DNA of 64,000 nucleotides from NCBI GenBank assembly GCA_036918135.1, contig JBALDB010000051.1, forward strand, positions 64,001 through 128,000, read 5' to 3'. The notes under the pieces were generated by a model, which was not told the DNA's origin, searched no databases, and saw nothing but the letters and a program-made list of their open reading frames with translations. The position numbers and the translations under genes were made by a program. The DNA comes from Nostoc sp. (GTDB lineage Bacteria > Cyanobacteriota > Cyanobacteriia > Cyanobacteriales > Nostocaceae). This document shows positions 10,666 through 20,962 of the stretch, piece by piece (within the stretch, counting starts at the first letter, position 1; the number at the start of each line of letters is the position of its first letter).

Positions 10666-13608
10666 TCATTTCACCTTGGTGCGGAAGCGCACAAAACCGT
10701 AAACATCTTTGACTAAAGTTGGTAAACCTGGACTGCGCGTGATATTCACCACCACAGCACCATTAGTATTAGTACCGCAGGATGATGGCGCTGACTCGTT
10801 AGCAGGATAAAAACGTCCGCGATCGCTATCTTCAACGTTGCTCAGGTAAACTGTAGGAGTGCTGGAACTGATTGCAAGGGCAATACCTCGGTCTGCTGTT
10901 GGTAAGCCGCCATCACTGGGAGTATTATTATTAAATGCACTGGAAATAAAAGTAGTATTACTCGGAACTAAGTCGCAGAATTTAACGTTAGTAGCATCAT
11001 TTGGCCCTTTGGAAAGAAAGTAAATAGTGTATTCCAACTCATCTCCTGGCTTCACAGTCCCAGCATTAATCAATCCCCGCAAATAGCCAACAGGCCATTT
11101 TGCATCGTTATCATCAGAAGCATAGGGTTCTGGGATATAGTTGGCAGCAGTTGTCGCCACGTCGCTGCGACCATCTATAATATCGGTTAAATCCTGATTA
11201 TTGATGCGGGTGATGCGTTTGACTAACAAAAGCTTTGCATTCACACCAGTAGCACCATTATTGTTTTCGCCAACACTGGTAACGCGACTACCTGTAGTAT
11301 CAGTGTCTCTAGTTGGTAGGTAGTTTGTACATCGTGTGCTAGCGTTCCCACTGGTGGTTGCTTCCCAGCAAGCACTGACATTGGTATCCTGACCATTGGG
11401 AGTTAAGCTGATAGATTGACCATTACTAGCTCCAATTAAAGAAGACTGATATGTGTTGTCCCAGAGATTGAGAACACTTGCAGGAGGCGTATTAATTTCA
11501 TTACCACTGCCATAGGCGATATAGTCAATAATTTTATTTTGATTATCGTACAACCAGATATCATCACCCAAGTTGTTGAGTTTGGGAGTCTGTCCTAACC
11601 AAGCTTGAAAAGCTGCTCCTGTTGCTTGATGGTTGGCATTGTTATCCCCAATCCAAATTACAGCATATTTTCCCGCTTGTAGGGTTGTGCCGTTCGGAAA
11701 TGTATAAGTAAAGCCGTTAGTGCCATCATTATCATTAGCAGTCAGGTGTCCGTCTGCTAACTTCAAACCACTCAAATCTACAGTTGATGAAGAAGGATTA
11801 TAAAGTTCAATAAATTCATCGTTAGTGCTAGTAGTAGTGCCCGTTTCGCTATATAAAACTTCGTTGATTATGACTTTGCCAACATTCGATGAAACTGCAT
11901 CAATAATGTTAAATGGAGTTGGTTGAGTTTGACCGGGATAATAAGTCCATAAATCCAACCCTTTCGTATCTCCAAAAGAGCCGTTGCATGATGTCCCAGC
12001 GTTACCAAGGTTACCAGACTGACCAAATTTCCGGTCATTGCTGGCGGTGTCAAAACCATTAATTGGGTCGCTAAAGGCTGGGTTTGGCGGACTAATACCA
12101 CAGAGTACTTGACCAGACGTACCGATTTGAGTACCACCAATGGTTTTGTAACCGCGATCGTCATAAAATCCTCTAGTGTTGCCTATAGGATTAGCGGCAT
12201 TCAACATTGTAATGGTAGGACCACCAGTAAAATTGTTTTCTGCATCCAGCAAGGGAAAGTGATATTCACCTCCAAAGGTTCTGACACGAACTTTGTAATT
12301 ACTACCAACCGGAAAAAAATTGCCACTGTTATCTTTACCATCCCAACTAACAGCTTGTTGTCCTGTTGTAGCCATAGTTCCTCGCAGAAGACGGTTTTGG
12401 GAGTTAGTGGGATCAAAATTGCTGCCATCTCGGCTGATAATCAGTTCGTAAGTCCCTGTGACGTTGCTGCCAAAATTAAAAGTACCGCCTGTGCCGAATG
12501 AACTGTTATTTCCTGTAACTGTGCCGTTGAATTGTAAATTACTAACAGCAGGAATAATTGGGCTAAGGGGAATACCAGTTCCGTCTAAAGTTCCGTCTGG
12601 TTTGTAACGTTCAACGTATGGAAGTACGTTACTGTCGATGGAGTTAAAAAAAGTAGCGTATTGGGGACGAGCTAAGCTAACACTACCTTGAGGGTTTGTT
12701 AGCTGACTGTCTGCCCCTAGTATGTCGTGATAGAGAGGGGTTTTACCATCACTGTCAAAAAAGCCTACCTGATTACCATAGAGAACGAATCCATTCGGAT
12801 CTGTACCCCTGAGTTCTACTTTATATTGGAAGCCATCTGTGGTTACTGGATAGATTGGGAAGTTGAGATATCGACCATTATTACCAGTAAATAGAGCCAG
12901 ATAATAGCTGAATAAGCGTCCGTTTAAATCGGTTGTTGAAGTTTGATTGCTACTGCGTACTGTTACATCCCAAGCTGCAACACTCGTTCCTTGTTGAGTA
13001 TTAAAGTTGTTAGCATTGCTCAAATTAATCTCACCAGTAGGGGCACCATTAGCTGGTGAGTTACCCCCAGTAGGTCCATAGAAAACTATGTCATAAACTC
13101 CAGTGGATGGGGCTTTGTAGTAGCAGGGAATATAGCCATTGGGATTGCCTCCACCAGAAATAGCACGGGGACCATTTAACTCCTGTTGGCGAGTTGAGAT
13201 AACACCACTTCCAGCTTGAGAAGTACACACAAAATCTGGTGTGATAGGAACAGTTTCACTGCCAATACTACCAGTGACACGACCAGGATTGTAAACACGG
13301 ATATCACCGCTACCTACCCCAACTGCACTGGAACCCAAAAGAATATACTCATCTTTATTGGCATAAACCTTAAGCAACGTTCGTCGCAGCACAAGACCGC
13401 CATAAGTATCAGTACGCCACTCTAGGTTAGCTCGGCTACTACTGGCTGAGGCACTACTAGGATACAGTGTGCGACTACCTTCAGCCTGAGCAGATTGTAT
13501 TCCAAAATTCAGGCAGCACAGCCAGAGAGCAAAGCCAGTTAGTAGTTTTTTATAGCAATTGATGTGGTTATTATTGACCGCTAAAAGACATTTTAACAGT
13601 AGACTCAT
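10666..13608 (-). CDS. Secreted/surface protein with lamin-tail domain and C-terminal DUF11-like domain
   Basis: Signal peptide ending AQA-EG, VIINEVLY...DEFIELYN (lamin tail), LLLVKRIT...PGDELEYTIYF. Confidence 0.75.
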   Translation of the reverse strand: MSLLLKCLLAVNNNHINCYKKLLTGFALWLCCLNFGIQSAQAEGSRTLYPSSASASSSRANLEWRTDTYGGLVLRRTLLKVYANKDEYILLGSSAVGVGSGDIRVYNPGRVTGSIGSETVPITPDFVCTSQAGSGVISTRQQELNGPRAISGGGNPNGYIPCYYKAPSTGVYDIVFYGPTGGNSPANGAPTGEINLSNANNFNTQQGTSVAAWDVTVRSSNQTSTTDLNGRLFSYYLALFTGNNGRYLNFPIYPVTTDGFQYKVELRGTDPNGFVLYGNQVGFFDSDGKTPLYHDILGADSQLTNPQGSVSLARPQYATFFNSIDSNVLPYVERYKPDGTLDGTGIPLSPIIPAVSNLQFNGTVTGNNSSFGTGGTFNFGSNVTGTYELIISRDGSNFDPTNSQNRLLRGTMATTGQQAVSWDGKDNSGNFFPVGSNYKVRVRTFGGEYHFPLLDAENNFTGGPTITMLNAANPIGNTRGFYDDRGYKTIGGTQIGTSGQVLCGISPPNPAFSDPINGFDTASNDRKFGQSGNLGNAGTSCNGSFGDTKGLDLWTYYPGQTQPTPFNIIDAVSSNVGKVIINEVLYSETGTTTSTNDEFIELYNPSSSTVDLSGLKLADGHLTANDNDGTNGFTYTFPNGTTLQAGKYAVIWIGDNNANHQATGAAFQAWLGQTPKLNNLGDDIWLYDNQNKIIDYIAYGSGNEINTPPASVLNLWDNTYQSSLIGASNGQSISLTPNGQDTNVSACWEATTSGNASTRCTNYLPTRDTDTTGSRVTSVGENNNGATGVNAKLLLVKRITRINNQDLTDIIDGRSDVATTAANYIPEPYASDDNDAKWPVGYLRGLINAGTVKPGDELEYTIYFLSKGPNDATNVKFCDLVPSNTTFISSAFNNNTPSDGGLPTADRGIALAISSSTPTVYLSNVEDSDRGRFYPANESAPSSCGTNTNGAVVVNITRSPGLPTLVKDVYGFVRFRTKVK

Positions 13609-13994
13609 TTATGCTTCACTAGCTCCTGATTGAATTGGATGAGTGCGATGTCTGCCACAAGTCAGTCCGTGTCTAGGCAAAATTTAAAAGGTGAGCGACT
13701 ACGGTGGACGGCTTTCCCAGCATAAAGCAAGTAGCGTTAGCGAGGTACGAGCGTCACCCGAACGGCATTTATTAAAGAAGAATAAAAACCTCATGCACTT
13801 AGGCGATAGCTGCTTTTAGGTTACCCAAGTTGTACGAAAATCTACCATCTTGATTCAGATTCAACGTGCAATTCTCAAATTAAGACAGCGACTTTGTTGA
13901 TTTGGTCGCTCGTCTTAGATAAAAACTATTTTTTCTGCTACCAATTCTACCCACGGCAAAGTAATCTGCACTGCATTTACCAATCGCCTATCTG

Positions 13995-14513
13995 ATGTCT
14001 AAAACTCGCATTCAAAACCGAATATACCAAGCAGCATCAAATGTTTTTAATCAGGTTACTCAACTTGGTGGGCTAATCACAACTGGATTGGAAGTTGTTG
14101 GCGGTAATCTTGGCAAGATAGGGAACGCATTAAGAAAAGGTGGGGTGCTATTAGAAAATGCCTATGGGTACATGAACCCACAGCCGAATCTTCAAGGTAA
14201 ATTCTTCTCTTTTATAAACACGGCTAATGAAAAATTGAGTTCTATTGCCGTAGTCGTCGCTATTTCTATTGCTTTTAAAGATGTACTAGGCGGTATCAGT
14301 AGCAGTACGGCTGATTTAAAAAGAGAGATATCGCAACCAAAGGATGAACACGGGAACCCAATTAAAGATACAGACGGTAGTATCATCCATTACAAACCAG
14401 GGATAGAAGTCCCAACACCAATAGTTGAAGAAGCTAAGAGAGAACAGGTAAAGGCTGATTCAACAAATTTTCTTGAGTTGGTATTAGAAGATATTTTTGA
14501 TGGAGGTGATTAA
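13995..14513 (+). pseudogene. Probable C-terminal fragment of a hypothetical protein from a cryptic mobile (virus/plasmid-like) element
   Basis: ORF coupled by TAATG to a 23-codon truncated ORF; resemblance to cyanobacterial element proteins is from memory only. Confidence 0.45.
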
Positions 14514-14765
14514 TGACAACAACTACTCCAGTACAACCACCCGATGATAAGTTACCTGATAATTTTGACCCTTTTGAACATTGACAAAAAATTAGATATA
14601 CATTTAACTGAATATCAAGGTAGAAATCAGCATTATGAATATTTAATTAATCAACTTAATAATAAGTTAGTACACCAAGGAAATAGAATTAAGGACTGGA
14701 TTGACCAAATCACCACATATTTACACGAAAAAGGTGGATTCATCATCCGTGACCGCAGGCTTTAG
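14513..14765 (+). pseudogene. Two fused gene fragments (MTTTTPVQPPDDKLPDNFDPFEH* and ...IDKKLDIHLTEYQG...GGFIIRDRRL*)
   Basis: Manual translation; ATG overlaps the upstream stop; premature TGA at 14582-14584 overlaps the second fragment. Confidence 0.45.
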
Positions 14766-14777
14766 CTTACTGGGAAT

Positions 14778-16124
14778 TCAATTTAACGACAGAAACTCTT
14801 CTCCTGTCGTCGGATGAATGCCTATTGTTTCATCCAGTTCTTGCTTAGTAATGCCTTTACGAATTGCAACACCAAGACTTTGAATGATATCAGCTGCGTT
14901 TTCGCCCACCATGTGAGCGCCTAAAACTTCCTCAGAATCGCCATTTACCACTAACTTGATTGTCGCTTGCTTATCGTGTTGAGTTAGCTGATAGAACAGT
15001 GGTTGGAATTGGGTGTAGTAGCATTTTACAGATTCACCAAATTTTTCCCGTGCCTTGGTCTCAGTCATTCCTACACTAGCTGCTTCTGGACGGCAAAAAA
15101 CAGCAGAGGGGACATAATCATAATTGAGTTTTTGTGGCTTGCTGCCAAAAACTGTATTGGCAAAGGCAATACCTTCTGCCTTAGCCACTGGAGATAATTG
15201 GATGCGGCTAGTACAGTCACCTACAGCAAAGATATTTTCTTGGTTGGTACGGCTTTCTTCATCTACTTTGATTGCACCCTGTTCGCCAAGTTCAACACGG
15301 GCATTTTCTAAGCCTAGATTTTTAGTATTTGGGGTGTAACCTGTGGCAACTAGGATGGTATCTGCTGCAACTATTTCTCGGCTCTCACTAGTAATACTCA
15401 ACAACAAAGACTCTTGTGAATATTTGATTTTTTGAATGGTAGTGTTGGTGAATAACTTAATTCCCCGTTTACTCAAAGCTTGTCGCACTGTAGAGCGAAT
15501 GTCACCATCAAACCCTGATAAAATCATCTCTTCTTTTTCAATTACCGTTACTTGGCAGCCAAAAGCCTGCATCATACTAGAAAATTCTATGCCAATGTAG
15601 CCGCCGCCAATAATTGCCAAACGCTTCGGCAAATAGGGTAACTGAAACATTTCGCGAGATGTGATAGCGTATTCTATACCTGGGATATTTGGCTTCAGGG
15701 GTTGTCCACCCACAGCAATTAAAATTTTGTCTGCTGTAACTTTGCGTCCACCAATATTGATAGTATGGGCATCAATGAAAGTGGCACGTTCCGAAATTAT
15801 TTCAATTCCGGCTTTGTGCAATTGTTGAGAATAGGATTGGTTGATGCTGTCAACATGCTGGTATACAGATTTAATAAATAATGTCCAGTCAAAGTATGTT
15901 TGACAATCACTCCACCCATAACTACGCGCCATTTTATTTTGCAGGGCAAAGTCAGCAGCATAGACAATCAGTTTTTTGGGAACGCAGCCACGATTGACGC
16001 AGGTTCCACCAAGGGCTTCTTGTTCGGCAATCGCAACACGGACACCGTAGCTAGCTGCTTTTTTAGCTGCTGCCAATCCCCCAGGCCCAGCACCAATGAC
16101 AAACAAGTCGTAATCAAATGTCAT
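14778..16124 (-). CDS. gor: Glutathione-disulfide reductase
   Basis: GAGPGG, GGTCVNRGCVPKK, GGGYIG, IHPTTGEE. Confidence 0.93.
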   Translation of the reverse strand: MTFDYDLFVIGAGPGGLAAAKKAASYGVRVAIAEQEALGGTCVNRGCVPKKLIVYAADFALQNKMARSYGWSDCQTYFDWTLFIKSVYQHVDSINQSYSQQLHKAGIEIISERATFIDAHTINIGGRKVTADKILIAVGGQPLKPNIPGIEYAITSREMFQLPYLPKRLAIIGGGYIGIEFSSMMQAFGCQVTVIEKEEMILSGFDGDIRSTVRQALSKRGIKLFTNTTIQKIKYSQESLLLSITSESREIVAADTILVATGYTPNTKNLGLENARVELGEQGAIKVDEESRTNQENIFAVGDCTSRIQLSPVAKAEGIAFANTVFGSKPQKLNYDYVPSAVFCRPEAASVGMTETKAREKFGESVKCYYTQFQPLFYQLTQHDKQATIKLVVNGDSEEVLGAHMVGENAADIIQSLGVAIRKGITKQELDETIGIHPTTGEEFLSLN

Positions 16125-16549
16125 AAAAATCTGTTCCTTTTCAACTTTTTGGAAAGCAGAGCTATTTCATCCCTTATAGTTATTTAGACAAAACTTCATC
16201 TACTGTCTTTGGGTGGACAAATCGAGATGAGAGCACACTGATATGTAGCAGATTGCCGCTTGAACCGCAATTACTACAAAAATAACAGCGATCGCCCAGG
16301 TATTGTTAAGTTACATGACATTTTGTTGGGGGAACAGACAACATACTTATTTTACAAGAGGTAAGTATTGGCGATCGCTTCCAATGGCCTATAACCCATC
16401 CCCTAATTTGGGCAAGTAGGCGATCGGACTTTTAGGCAGCAACCAAGCTGTAGAAAAACTGGAGATGCTTTGTTTGCAAATGATTACAATGAATCAAAGA
16501 AAATTTACATTTCCTGTGCATCCTGTGTCATTCCCAACTCTTTAAAACC

Positions 16550-16675
16550 ATCCTCGACGCTTACGGCTGGTCAGATATCTCCATTGACTGCGATTTTCTT
16601 CTCGACTACGAAGAGGAAGAAGACACAGAAAACAGCAGTAGACGACAAAAGAAAAAACCCTGGCGTTATCGTTGG
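16550..16675 (+). pseudogene. C-terminal fragment of a type IIG/IIL (Eco57I/MmeI-like, DISARM DrmMI-like) DNA methyltransferase
   Basis: Manual translation ILDAYGWSDISIDCDFLLDYEEEEDTENSSRRQKKKPWRYRW in a frame not given in the ORF track. Confidence 0.65.
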
Positions 16676-17000
16676 TGCGCTATGAAATGGGGTTTTAACC
16701 TCCACAATTAAATTAAGTTATGCAAAAACAAAATATTATCCCTCATGTGTCACTTTCCGAGCAGCCAATCTCTGAAAGCTTTATCGGTCAGTCAATACAG
16801 GCTTTCCTATTAGAAAAAAATAGGTCTTGCATTTGTTATTAGAAAAAAATTGCGCGACGCTTAGTAGATAAAAACTCTAGAAATCACAAATGGCAAATGT
16901 TTTCCCAGAGTGACAGAACAGGGATAAATGATAAATAAAACGATATCTCTAACCTCTGGCGAAGTGCGATCGCCTCACCATTGACAGCGAAAATAATTTC

Positions 17001-17234
17001 ATGTACCTTAGCCAAATTATAAATGCGACACTTGGAGGTTTTTACCCGGAACCTTTCGAGTACAACCAGTTAACCTCGGATTTAGCAGCACATTATCAGC
17101 AGCATTTACAAAATATGATTTCATTTGAGCAAGAGGAAGGCTTTAACATAGCTGTACTAAATGTATTAGTCCAGCAAAAACAACCAATATCAGTAGAAGC
17201 GATCGCTCATATAGAATTAGTATTTGATTTTTGA
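17001..17234 (+). pseudogene. Hypothetical gene fragment ending in a MITE
   Basis: Last codons and stop lie inside the family A repeat beginning at 17210. Confidence 0.4.
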
Positions 17235-17324
17235 AAAAAACTCAGTACTACTTCCAAAGCTTTTTACCTGTTCCCTGTTCCCTCCCTACACAAATAATTT
17301 CAGGAATCAAACCAGATTCCTATA
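17210..17324 (+). mobile_element. MITE-like dispersed repeat, family A
   Basis: TATTTGATTTTTGAAAAAAACTCAGTAC...AAATAATTTCAGGAATCAAA shared with 7656-7783. Confidence 0.7.
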
Positions 17325-17422
17325 TAATGGTCAAGTTCAACAATGCTAGGAGTAATTAGCCGTTCAATTATCGGTAGTAATTCTTCCGGTATTGGGTCAT
17401 CTTCCCATAAATTCTGGTCAGA

Positions 17423-17491
17423 TTACACACATTGGCAGAGGCGCGAAACGGTCAATCCAGTTTGACTGAGCTTAGTCGTTGGTAAGGTCAT
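17423..17491 (-). pseudogene. N-terminal fragment of an aldo/keto reductase
   Basis: MTLPTTKLSQTGLTVSRLC then stop; resembles the LG.TGL.VS.LCLG start of aldo/keto reductases. Confidence 0.5.
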
Positions 17492-17567
17492 GGGGTTGTT
17501 GATTGAAAGTTGTTAATTGAGAAAATGTTGAAATTTCTAAATAGAATGCGATCGCATAACTAAAAGA

Positions 17568-18197
17568 CTATATTTTTTTAGGCGTGAACCAATTTAACCA
17601 ACCTTCCCAGTTTTGTACGATCGCGGCAAATTCTGCATAACCATCTGCTTTTGGATGAGCGCCGTCATTGGCTTTTGCTTCTGTTAACCAGATCGGTGAC
17701 TTCACCAAACTAGAAAACACATCAAGATACGGAACATTTAACTCATTACAAACTAACGCAAATTCCTGTGATAGATTTGCAATAATTTGATTTCTTTTTT
17801 CTTGCTCGACATCACCACATGGTGGCGGCCCAACCATCAAGACAGGATAGAGTTGCTTTGCTTGGGTCAGGATGCTGTGAGCATTTGCGATCGACTCTGA
17901 AAGTTCGATTCCTTGCTTTCTACCTGCCCATCCTGAATCGTTTACCCCAAAGGAAAACACTACTCGACCATCGCATTGTAGTGGGAGCCGATAGGAGACT
18001 TCTGAGTACCAACGTTGTTTGAGATATCGACTCGTCTCTGCCCGTACTCCCAAGTTGTAGTGAGTGATTGCGTATCCTTTAGATTCAGTATTGTGACACA
18101 CTCTACCTGTCCAACCCAAAAACTCTGGATCGCCTGTACCATTAACAAACGATTCACCAATAAAACAAATTCTGATTTCTTTGCGAAAATCTGACAT
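17568..18197 (-). CDS. SGNH/GDSL hydrolase family protein
   Basis: RICFIGESF block I, FSFGVND, DGAHP. Confidence 0.85.
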   Translation of the reverse strand: MSDFRKEIRICFIGESFVNGTGDPEFLGWTGRVCHNTESKGYAITHYNLGVRAETSRYLKQRWYSEVSYRLPLQCDGRVVFSFGVNDSGWAGRKQGIELSESIANAHSILTQAKQLYPVLMVGPPPCGDVEQEKRNQIIANLSQEFALVCNELNVPYLDVFSSLVKSPIWLTEAKANDGAHPKADGYAEFAAIVQNWEGWLNWFTPKKI

Positions 18198-18601
18198 TAG
18201 TAACCTGAATTTTGGTGCTGGAGGTTTTCGTCGTTGTGGATTGAAAAAGCAGAATTTAGAAACTGGGTTTCTTTGGTAAAGATTACGACGTGTGTTCTGC
18301 CCTGCTTCTCTACGAGAGGCTTACACCAACGCGATCGCTCTTTAGTCAAGCTGTATTGCCTTACCCCACCAAACTCGTTTAAACAGCTTGCCCGTTTGCT
18401 CGTGCAATATTTTGTAATGTTTTAACTTTAGATCTTTCCAGTCAGGTAACATTAGTAACACCACAAATAAGGTAAAAAATTATCTATCTTCAGTAGTATT
18501 TATGCATTATGGCTATCCGACTCAAAGATGATACTAATATCAAGCAAATATTGTCAAGTATCTCAGTACGAAATTGTTCTTTACATACTTTTCCACAAAT
18601 T

Positions 18602-18790
18602 ATGGCTAATCAAGACGACAAATCAAAAACAGACTTATCTAAAAAAGAATTAACTGATAAACAGGAAGTAACAGCCGAGGGTTCATTATCTGCTTCTACT
18701 TCTACTGATGATCGTGGTTTAATTAATGTCTTGAATAATGTAGATATTCTTGGTTTAAATAATAAAGATTCATATTCAGAAGGAAGTTGA
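18602..18790 (+). CDS. Small acidic hypothetical protein (62 aa)
   Basis: ATG at 18602 inside the 18509 ORF, followed by stem-loops. Confidence 0.45.
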   Translation: MANQDDKSKTDLSKKELTDKQEVTAEGSLSASTSTDDRGLINVLNNVDILGLNNKDSYSEGS

Positions 18791-19501
18791 ATCAGATTTC
18801 CGTAACCTAAAACCGAACTAAAAACAAAACCAGCCAGCAAATCAAACTTAGGAAGTCTCCTGCTGGCTAGTCATAAAAGTAGTTGTTGTAATGTTGCTGT
18901 ACTATTACCCCACCACGTTACAACAGCTAACTTAAGTATTTTTCACTGTTGTTATGAATTTAGCCCAAAGCCCAGGGAATCGCAGCAATGCCCTATCCCT
19001 GGGCTTCTTATTTTATGTCCATCCACAACCCCTTACACAGCCTTCTACAGCCCTCTACAGCCCTCCAATAACTTGACTATTTACTTTGTCAACCTTTTGC
19101 ACAGCCTACAAGGGGGCTTTGCTTTATCCTTGTTGCCAGCCAATCAGCCATGACCACCCACCGCACCGCCCCAAAACAATATAACTAATTGTCCGTAACC
19201 AAATTTAATTTTAGTATAAAATAAACTGCCTAAAAATAAAACAGGTGTTCGTGAGTGGTATAGGTAGTATATAAGCCGCCCGCGCCACCTATAGACAGAA
19301 AAAATACCTCTAGTTATGGCTTACAGCGATTTTAATTTTCGAGATTTTTTAGGAATTTTTTGGAAATTTTTGAGTCAAAAATACGTAGATAATCATCAGG
19401 CTAAATTGGGCTGAAGTTAGCCCAAATAATACTCCTTTAATTTTATCGAGATTATGTATATTTTGGGGGTAATTGCTGTTTTTAAAAACTGAGTTTAGTT
19501 T

Positions 19502-20052
19502 TTAGCGATCGCGCCAGAGTGCAATGTGATGGGCAAAGTCGGCTAGTTCCGGTCGCTTTGTTGGATCGACGAAGTAACCAGTACCAGCGATCGTAAAATC
19601 GAACTCGAAAACATCATCATTAACTTGAGCGACGATGCGATTGCCTTGGTCTTTAGCGTCTCTCCACGGTGCGGATAGGTGCAGGTGGAAGTTAGAGAAC
19701 GCAGTTACTCGCTCGATTGCGTCGGTTGGTGGTGTAGAGCCAACCTGATTAAACCGCCAAGCTTGGAACCAGCGAGCTGCATCAAACAGTTGCGGATAGT
19801 TGTAGTAAGCACCAGGATACCCACGCACGCGAATCACTGGCAGTGAAGCGATCGCAGACCGTCGTGCGAACAGGTGTACTGCCTTCGCTCCTGATTCGAG
19901 TGCCACTCCTGCCGCATCAAAGGCCGAAGCCGCAGCACCCAGCACTGCCACGGTCTTGCCACGCAGCCCACCGAAGTCGATTTCATCAGCAGTATGTGCA
20001 TATAAACTGTGTGGCAGAGATGCCAGTACAGGCGGTATATAGGGGCCACCAC
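19502..20052 (-). pseudogene. Internal fragment of an FAD/NAD(P)-dependent monooxygenase (HpyO-like)
   Basis: GGPYIPP...YAHTADEIDF...VAVLGAAASAFDAA...IAGTGY...LWRDR; both ends missing; GC-richer than neighbours. Confidence 0.75.
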
Positions 20053-20054
20053 AT

Positions 20055-20753
20055 CTAAGTGAACCGCTTAGAGATGGTTTACTGGTAATGGCAGTAGCAT
20101 CGGGGCCCCCAGCTTTACCAAAACTTGCTCATATAGTCAAGGGGAATATAGCTTTTTCCGTGGGGTTAATGATGTTGCTGATGTTGGGCACAATCGTTTA
20201 TATGCCGATTGTATTGCCTTTAGTGGTAGAAAGCGTACAAATCAATTCCTGGGAGATTGCGGAACCCTTATTATTAATGATGGTCAGCCCATTGGTAATT
20301 GGGCTATTCATCAAAGCTAAATTTCCAGCGATCGCTATAACTCTTGGGCCGATTTTGTTCAAATTATCTAATGGTGGATTATTTTTAGGTCTAGTAGTCA
20401 GACTGGTAGTTCATACTAACGATATGATTGCCTTATTAAAAACAGGTGCAATCTTTGTTTGTGCTGTATTTATTCTCTTTTCTTTTAGTGTAGGCTATCT
20501 TTTAGGTGGCCCTGGTATTGACACTCAAAGAGTGCTAGGAGTCGGAACAGCTCAACGCAATTTTGCCGCCGCATTATTAGTAGGTGCAAGCAACTTTGAA
20601 GATCCTAGCGTGGTGAGCATTATCATGGTGACAAGTATATTAATGATGGTTACAGTTCTCATCGCCGGGCCAAAGTTCACAGAAATAGATCGGCCAACTA
20701 ATGCATCCCACATTTTGCACCCAAGACTGGCACACAGAGAAAGCAGTAAGTAA
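20055..20753 (+). pseudogene. Bile acid:sodium symporter family protein, 5'-truncated
   Basis: GPPALPKL and GTAQRNFAAALLV motifs; frame continues upstream to the junction without the N-terminal helices. Confidence 0.75.
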
Positions 20754-20962
20754 ATAAAGAAAGGTTGTAAAAATTAAGACTATGACTTTATATAAGTAAA
20801 GCGAGCAGTAAGAATTAAAGCAAAAGTCAAAAAATAAATAAAATCAGCAATTCATATAAATCTTTCTGAGGAGGGACAGACTTACTCAAACCTCACGAGA
20901 ATATAGAAAAAGTGAGTTTGCTTGTCATAACCGATAAAACTTGTAGTCTGGAGTTAATAATA

